Below, piece by piece: positions 60,088 through 64,000 of a stretch of DNA of 64,000 bases (the stretch's first letter is position 1; every line of letters begins with the position of its first letter). The position numbers and the translations under genes are program-made. The notes below the pieces were generated by a model. The model saw only the letters and a program-made list of their open reading frames with translations. It was not told the DNA's origin and ran no database searches. Source of the DNA: Candidatus Latescibacterota bacterium (lineage in GTDB: Bacteria; Latescibacterota; UBA2968; GCA-2709665); the NCBI GenBank assembly GCA_965219455.1, contig OZ244744.1, positions 1,984,001-2,048,000 on the forward strand, given 5' to 3'.

Positions 60088-60315
60088 ATGAAGAAGGCTA
60101 ATGCGGAAGAGCTTCGTCCTGAATATTGCCGTGAAGATCTCGGTCCCGGCGTCCGTGGAAAGTATCTGGAATCTTTCCGACCGGGGACCAACCTGGTTTT
60201 GCTGCAACCTGACGTCGCGAAGGCATTTCCAACCGAGGAAGCCGTAAATGATGCGCTTCGGTCGTTTATGAACGCGGATGATGGTCCGGTTGACGCCCGG
60301 ACGGGCGGCGAATGA
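60088..60315 (+). CDS. BrnA-like antitoxin, no adjacent BrnT
   Basis: ELRPEY..GVRGKY..TNLVLLQPDVAKAFPTEEAVNDALR. Confidence 0.65.
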   Translation: MKKANAEELRPEYCREDLGPGVRGKYLESFRPGTNLVLLQPDVAKAFPTEEAVNDALRSFMNADDGPVDARTGGE

Positions 60316-60374
60316 AATTTCGCTATGCTGGGTGAATCCGAGAAGTCAATTTAAACTTGATCCGGAGGACTGTG

Positions 60375-60593
60375 ATGACTCAACTTCTCGAGAAAGCGAT
60401 TTCGGAAATCAAGAAGCTTTCCAATGATGAGCAAGACGCGATTGCGGCCGTCCTGATGGCGGAGTTGGAGTCAGAACGCCAGTGGGAACGTGCATTTGAC
60501 TCGACGGCAGAGCAGTTGTCAGGTCTTGCAAATGAGGCTCTCGATGAATACCGAACAGGCAAGACTGAACCGTTCGAATCGCACGGCTCATGA
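60375..60593 (+). CDS. Putative antitoxin
   Basis: MTQLLEKAISEIKKLSNDEQDAIA..W..AF..LANEAL.EY..GKT; GGAGG RBS; overlaps the following toxin start. Confidence 0.65.
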   Translation: MTQLLEKAISEIKKLSNDEQDAIAAVLMAELESERQWERAFDSTAEQLSGLANEALDEYRTGKTEPFESHGS

Positions 60594-60721
60594 TATCCCG
60601 GACAACCCGTCGTTTTCGTGACGCGCTACTCGATCTTCCCCGACCCGTCCAGGTTCAGGCTGCCGCTGCACGGTCAACTAACAGGATAACTCAATTTTCC
60701 GGAGCCCACCGGATGCATTGA
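60590..60721 (+). pseudogene. Truncated RelE/ParE-like toxin
   Basis: ATGA overlap with antitoxin; MISRTTRRFRDALLDLPRPVQVQA then runs into repeat copy 2 and stops after 43 aa. Confidence 0.6.
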
Positions 60722-60806
60722 TGACACCATAGAGCAGATTGGTTTTAAGTAAGTATGATGCCCCCTTTGGGGGCATTTCTTGGTATATTGGGAATACGAA
60801 CATTAC
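60684..60806 (+). repeat. Dispersed intergenic repeat, copy 2 (right part missing)
   Basis: Close match to 59352-59456; left GGATAA shared with copy 3. Confidence 0.8.
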
Positions 60807-60949
60807 AGGATGATTCGATCCTGAACATTGGTATATCCAGAGACCTGGAACACACTGTCACAACGGCTCGGCAAACCCGAAATTCGGCACGAACGGAAGA
60901 AGCGCATATACGCGCAGAAACAAAGAATGTCCTCCCCCCAGTTTTCTTC

Positions 60950-60979
60950 TTGTATAACATCATTTATGATGTATATTCT
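60950..60979 (+). promoter_or_regulatory. Promoter/operator of the HigBA-like module
   Basis: TTGTAT..TATATT with internal palindrome ACATCA-TTTA-TGATGT just before ATG 60982. Confidence 0.5.
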
Positions 60980-60981
60980 AC

Positions 60982-61371
60982 ATGAACCGAAAATGGCGCA
61001 TCCTCTATTACATAGCTGAAAACGGATACTGCCCCGTTCAAGAGTTCATTGATAGTCGCTCAGATCGAGACCAGGCCAAGACGTTCAGTTGGCTTGCTCA
61101 ATTGGAAATAGACGGACCGAGCCTACCCAGGCCATATACGGATCTCTTGGACAGCGGAATCCACGAACTCAGACTAACGCTTTCTGGCGACCAGGTGCGC
61201 ATCCTCTACTTTTTCTGTTTCAGAGATTTCATTGTATTGACCCACGCTTTTGTGAAGCGTACCCGGCGCGTACCGGTCGCTGAAATTCACCTCGCCAAGA
61301 AGTATCGTGAGGATTTCCTTTCTCGATTTGACGAGGGTAGTTTAAAGGAGGAACTGGATGAGGAGCTTTAG
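60982..61371 (+). CDS. RelE/HigB (Gp49-like) toxin
   Basis: CPVQEFI..L..GPSL..PY..GIHELR..RILYF..VLTHAFVKRT..EI. Confidence 0.88.
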   Translation: MNRKWRILYYIAENGYCPVQEFIDSRSDRDQAKTFSWLAQLEIDGPSLPRPYTDLLDSGIHELRLTLSGDQVRILYFFCFRDFIVLTHAFVKRTRRVPVAEIHLAKKYREDFLSRFDEGSLKEELDEEL

Positions 61372-61648
61372 ACGTCATCTGGACGAAAAGCTCAAAGATG
61401 AGCGATTCAGGCGACTGTATGACGAAGAGCGACAGCTTACCGAGCTGTCGTTGAAGATACACCAAATGCGAGCGCAGCTGGGTCTTTCGCAGCAGGAGGT
61501 TGCCAGAAGAGCGAAGGTCACACAACAGCAATTGTCAAAGGTTGAGAATGGGATCAATTGCAATTTGACAACGTTTTTGAAGGTATGCCATGCTCTGGAT
61601 CTGACGGTAGAGTTAGAACGACCCAACGCCAGACAGCAGGTGAGTTGA
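61358..61648 (+). CDS. XRE HTH antitoxin (HigA-like)
   Basis: GLSQQEVARRAKVTQQQLSKVENG; overlaps toxin 3' end. Confidence 0.88.
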   Translation: MRSFRRHLDEKLKDERFRRLYDEERQLTELSLKIHQMRAQLGLSQQEVARRAKVTQQQLSKVENGINCNLTTFLKVCHALDLTVELERPNARQQVS

Positions 61649-61801
61649 TTCTGTGTGGAAGTGAAGCCGCCTACGCCGGTTCATTAGCTCTCTGAAACTC
61701 TTAGATGCCAGGTGAGGAGACGTCCTCGCGCCGTATTTCCAGAAGAAGATATCGATATTTTGCAGGGCGAGCCCTGGACCTGGATTCCTGGAGGTTTGGA
61801 C

Positions 61802-62017
61802 ATGAGAAATGAATTCACCGCGATGATCGAACACGACGGCGAATGGATCATTGCCTTTTGTCCTGAGATCCCCGGCGCCAATGGACAGGGAAAGAACAGG
61901 GACGATGCACTTGCGAGCTTACGAGAAGCGATATCGCTCATCCTGGAGGATCGGCGGGAGGACGGACTTCGCGCTGTGCCTGCAGAGGCGGAACGTGAAA
62001 TTGTCGTGATCGAATGA
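61802..62017 (+). CDS. HicB-family antitoxin
   Basis: FTAMIE..WIIAFCPEIPGANGQG..LREAI.LILE; GGAGG RBS. Confidence 0.85.
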   Translation: MRNEFTAMIEHDGEWIIAFCPEIPGANGQGKNRDDALASLREAISLILEDRREDGLRAVPAEAEREIVVIE

Positions 62018-62024
62018 AACGACA

Positions 62025-62089
62025 CCCTTCGGCAGCCTTTCGACCCTTCGACAGGCTCAGGGACCACAAGCTCAAGACAATGCTCAGGG
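62025..62089 (+). repeat. Nested CTTCGACA.GCTCAG REP-like repeat, copy 1
   Basis: Near-identical core to 63557-63623. Confidence 0.75.
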
Positions 62090-62231
62090 TGCAGTCTCAA
62101 ACGCCGAGCTAAGTGTACGAAGACCGTGAGACGTCAAAGGAAACCGGACAAAGGCAATGACATTACAATGGAGGATCTGAATGGCTGGCTGGCTAGAATT
62201 GACATTCCCGGTTGAAGCTGGCAAGGGATCT

Positions 62232-62765
62232 GTGATTGTTATCGATGACGAACGTGTCCATTTGCTCGCAGATCCCCTCCGGCGGCGCATCCTCGAAACT
62301 CTTGGCGAGGGGAAATCCGTGGAGGAGATTTCATCGATATTGGGTATGACCGATACCCGGGTCCTCCGTCACCTGCAACGACTCGCGGAATCAGATGTCG
62401 TACATCTTCAAGAAACGGGCAGCGATCCCAGGGCCTGGCGATGCATCCCTGTGGCGGGCAAGATTCGAATCCGGGACACACTTGATGAGACGGCCAAAAC
62501 CTCCCTGCCTGTACCTTCGGAGGTTGCCTGTCAGTTTAATCAGGCGTTTCGCGAAAGTGCGGACGGCATATTCGGTCCGAATTTCCAAAGCTCTGTCAAC
62601 CATAACCGGGCTCGACTCTCGGAAGAACAGGCGGCCGAATTCAACCGTCGGCTCCTGGACCTGATAGAGGAGTACTTTCCACCTGGCAGAGGCGATCCCA
62701 CCGGAATCAAGTATGGCTTTTTCGGCGTGCTGACCCCGATTGATCTTCCTCCTATCGAGTCGTGA
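62232..62765 (+). CDS. ArsR-like winged-helix protein
   Basis: LADPLRRRILE..SVEEIS..RHLQRL; C-terminal LSEEQAAEF..L. Confidence 0.75.
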   Translation: MIVIDDERVHLLADPLRRRILETLGEGKSVEEISSILGMTDTRVLRHLQRLAESDVVHLQETGSDPRAWRCIPVAGKIRIRDTLDETAKTSLPVPSEVACQFNQAFRESADGIFGPNFQSSVNHNRARLSEEQAAEFNRRLLDLIEEYFPPGRGDPTGIKYGFFGVLTPIDLPPIES

Positions 62766-62916
62766 CAGAAAGGTATTTGCACCCATCTTGCGTGCGAATG
62801 TCCCACATCCTTTCACAACACGGTTACTTCTGTGACCGCGGAGTTCACCCCCAACCCGGCGCGGTTCGGGGGCACTGAACCGTTACGCGCCATTGCAGTT
62901 CGACGGAGATCAAGAA

Positions 62917-63441
62917 ATGACAACCTTCTATCTCATTCGGCATGGAGAACCCAATTGGGATTTAGCTGCCGGAGAGGATCTCAAAGGCGCCCAGGTGGGG
63001 TGGGCAGCCCATATCGTTCCGTTGACCGAGACTGGCATCAGCCAGATTGAGAATGCTTCAAGAACCCTGTCAACTGAAGATCCTGAGCTCATTATTTCGT
63101 CGCCAATGTCTCGGTCGCTGCAGTCGGCTGCCATACTCAGCCGCATACTCGAACTTCCACTTCGAGTCGAGTTTGATCTGCACGAATGGATTTGTGGATG
63201 GCGCGATTCGCTTGAGCTTGTCGGCGAAACCGTGGCAGAAATGCAAAAGCTGGGAGGCGAGTGGCCTCCGGGTGAGACAAGAGATTGGGAGCCGATGTCC
63301 AGTGTGCGCGACCGTGTCAATCGTGTTTTAGGACAATACCGGACCTTCCATCGTGTTGTCGTTGCGTGTCATGAAACCGTTATTCTCTCGCTCACCGGAA
63401 AGAGGATGGGGTTTGCTGAATTTGTAAGGATAGAAAAGTAG
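62917..63441 (+). CDS. Histidine phosphatase family protein
   Basis: LIRHG, SSPMSRSLQSA, DLHEW, VACH. Confidence 0.85.
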   Translation: MTTFYLIRHGEPNWDLAAGEDLKGAQVGWAAHIVPLTETGISQIENASRTLSTEDPELIISSPMSRSLQSAAILSRILELPLRVEFDLHEWICGWRDSLELVGETVAEMQKLGGEWPPGETRDWEPMSSVRDRVNRVLGQYRTFHRVVVACHETVILSLTGKRMGFAEFVRIEK

Positions 63442-63556
63442 CAGCTTTGTAATCCGAAACCGGGGATCACCATGCCACCGGCTGGCGCATCCAGTGACAC
63501 AACCGGTTGTGCTGCTGTTCGAACGCCTCGGCTATTTCAAATAAAAATAGCACTTG

Positions 63557-63623
63557 CCCTTCGGCCGCCCTTCGACCCTTCGACAGGCTCTGGGACCACA
63601 AGCTCAGCGTGTAAGCTCAACGG
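63557..63623 (+). repeat. Nested REP-like repeat, copy 2
   Basis: CCCTTCGGC.GCC.TTCGACCCTTCGACAGGCTC.GGGACCACAAGCTCA. Confidence 0.75.
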
Positions 63624-63678
63624 CCCCGCCCGGGGTACGCAAACCGGACGATGTCATACGCAAGTGGGTCGGGCATCG

Positions 63679-63881
63679 GGATAATCCGCATCTTCGGAGC
63701 CCGGTGGACGCATTGATTAACGAAATGTAGACAGGGTTTAGTTAGTGACGATGCCTCCGATAGGTGCATTTTTAAATATGTTCGGAATGCATGAATCTGG
63801 GAGTGATACGTTGCCGAACGTACGGAGATCCTCAGATTTGATGCCTATTGCCGTAAAGGTTCGGTAACATCGTGGTTATAG
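63679..63881 (+). repeat. Dispersed intergenic repeat, copy 3 (diverged, longest)
   Basis: GGATAA..CGGAGCCC..GCATTGAT..GATGCC..GCAT..GGAATGC..GATCCTCAGA..CGTAAAGGTTC..TAACA..TTAT. Confidence 0.65.
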
Positions 63882-63960
63882 GCCATCAGCTAAGACACAA
63901 AGGGGCGCAGGCCCCGTAACACAACCCATATTTTCGCATTCAAAGTCACAGAAAATGGAT

Positions 63961-64000
63961 ATGGCAAAACAGAAGATTTATTTGGATTCAACTGTTCCAA
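63961..64000 (+). CDS. Start of a probable PIN-domain (VapC-like) protein, cut by window edge
   Basis: MAKQKIYLDSTVP resembles the PIN N-terminal [IV]YLD motif; only 13 codons visible. Confidence 0.45.
   Translation, partial: MAKQKIYLDSTVP

Noticed and set aside
59352-63881. Repeat as a classical integron attC array or a CRISPR array
   Set aside because: No complementary RYYYAAC/GTTRRRY ends forming a long hairpin, no integrase in view, irregular kb-scale spacing, no cas genes

Overview
GC-rich bacterial chromosome window. Its gene set (dockerin/EF-hand-tailed lyase, GWxTD-TPR, PorV, CRTAC1, several heparinase II/III-like genes, PhyH, Gfo/Idh/MocA) suggests an FCB-group organism such as Latescibacterota; this is inference. 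Bases 1-30.8 kb form one minus-strand run. It begins with an outer-membrane cluster (OMP barrel, TonB-dependent receptor, protein with a T9SS-type C-terminal domain, PorV, two FGE-fold lipoproteins, TPR, CRTAC1, GWxTD-TPR). Then come an oxidoreductase, four heparinase II/III/DUF4962-like lyase-fold genes, a CNNM protein and a partial DNA methyltransferase. Bases 31.6-59.3 kb form a plus-strand run: a fifth lyase-fold gene, GNAT, two AAC(3)-family genes, hydrolases, an intact IS1380, acyl-CoA enzymes, and a receiver-glutamate dehydrogenase fusion beside a hybrid kinase with Hpt. Bases 59.3-64 kb are an AT-richer patch of toxin-antitoxin modules, mostly toxin-less, with REP elements and a three-copy unexplained repeat. 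Best leads: (1) a reciprocal His/Tyr swap at putative catalytic positions between tandem lyase paralogs; (2) a REC-GDH phosphorelay; (3) a SusD-less TBDT-CTD-PorV operon; (4) the repeat-punctuated TA island. No rRNA, tRNA or CRISPR array was seen. All family calls are by motif recognition, not database search.
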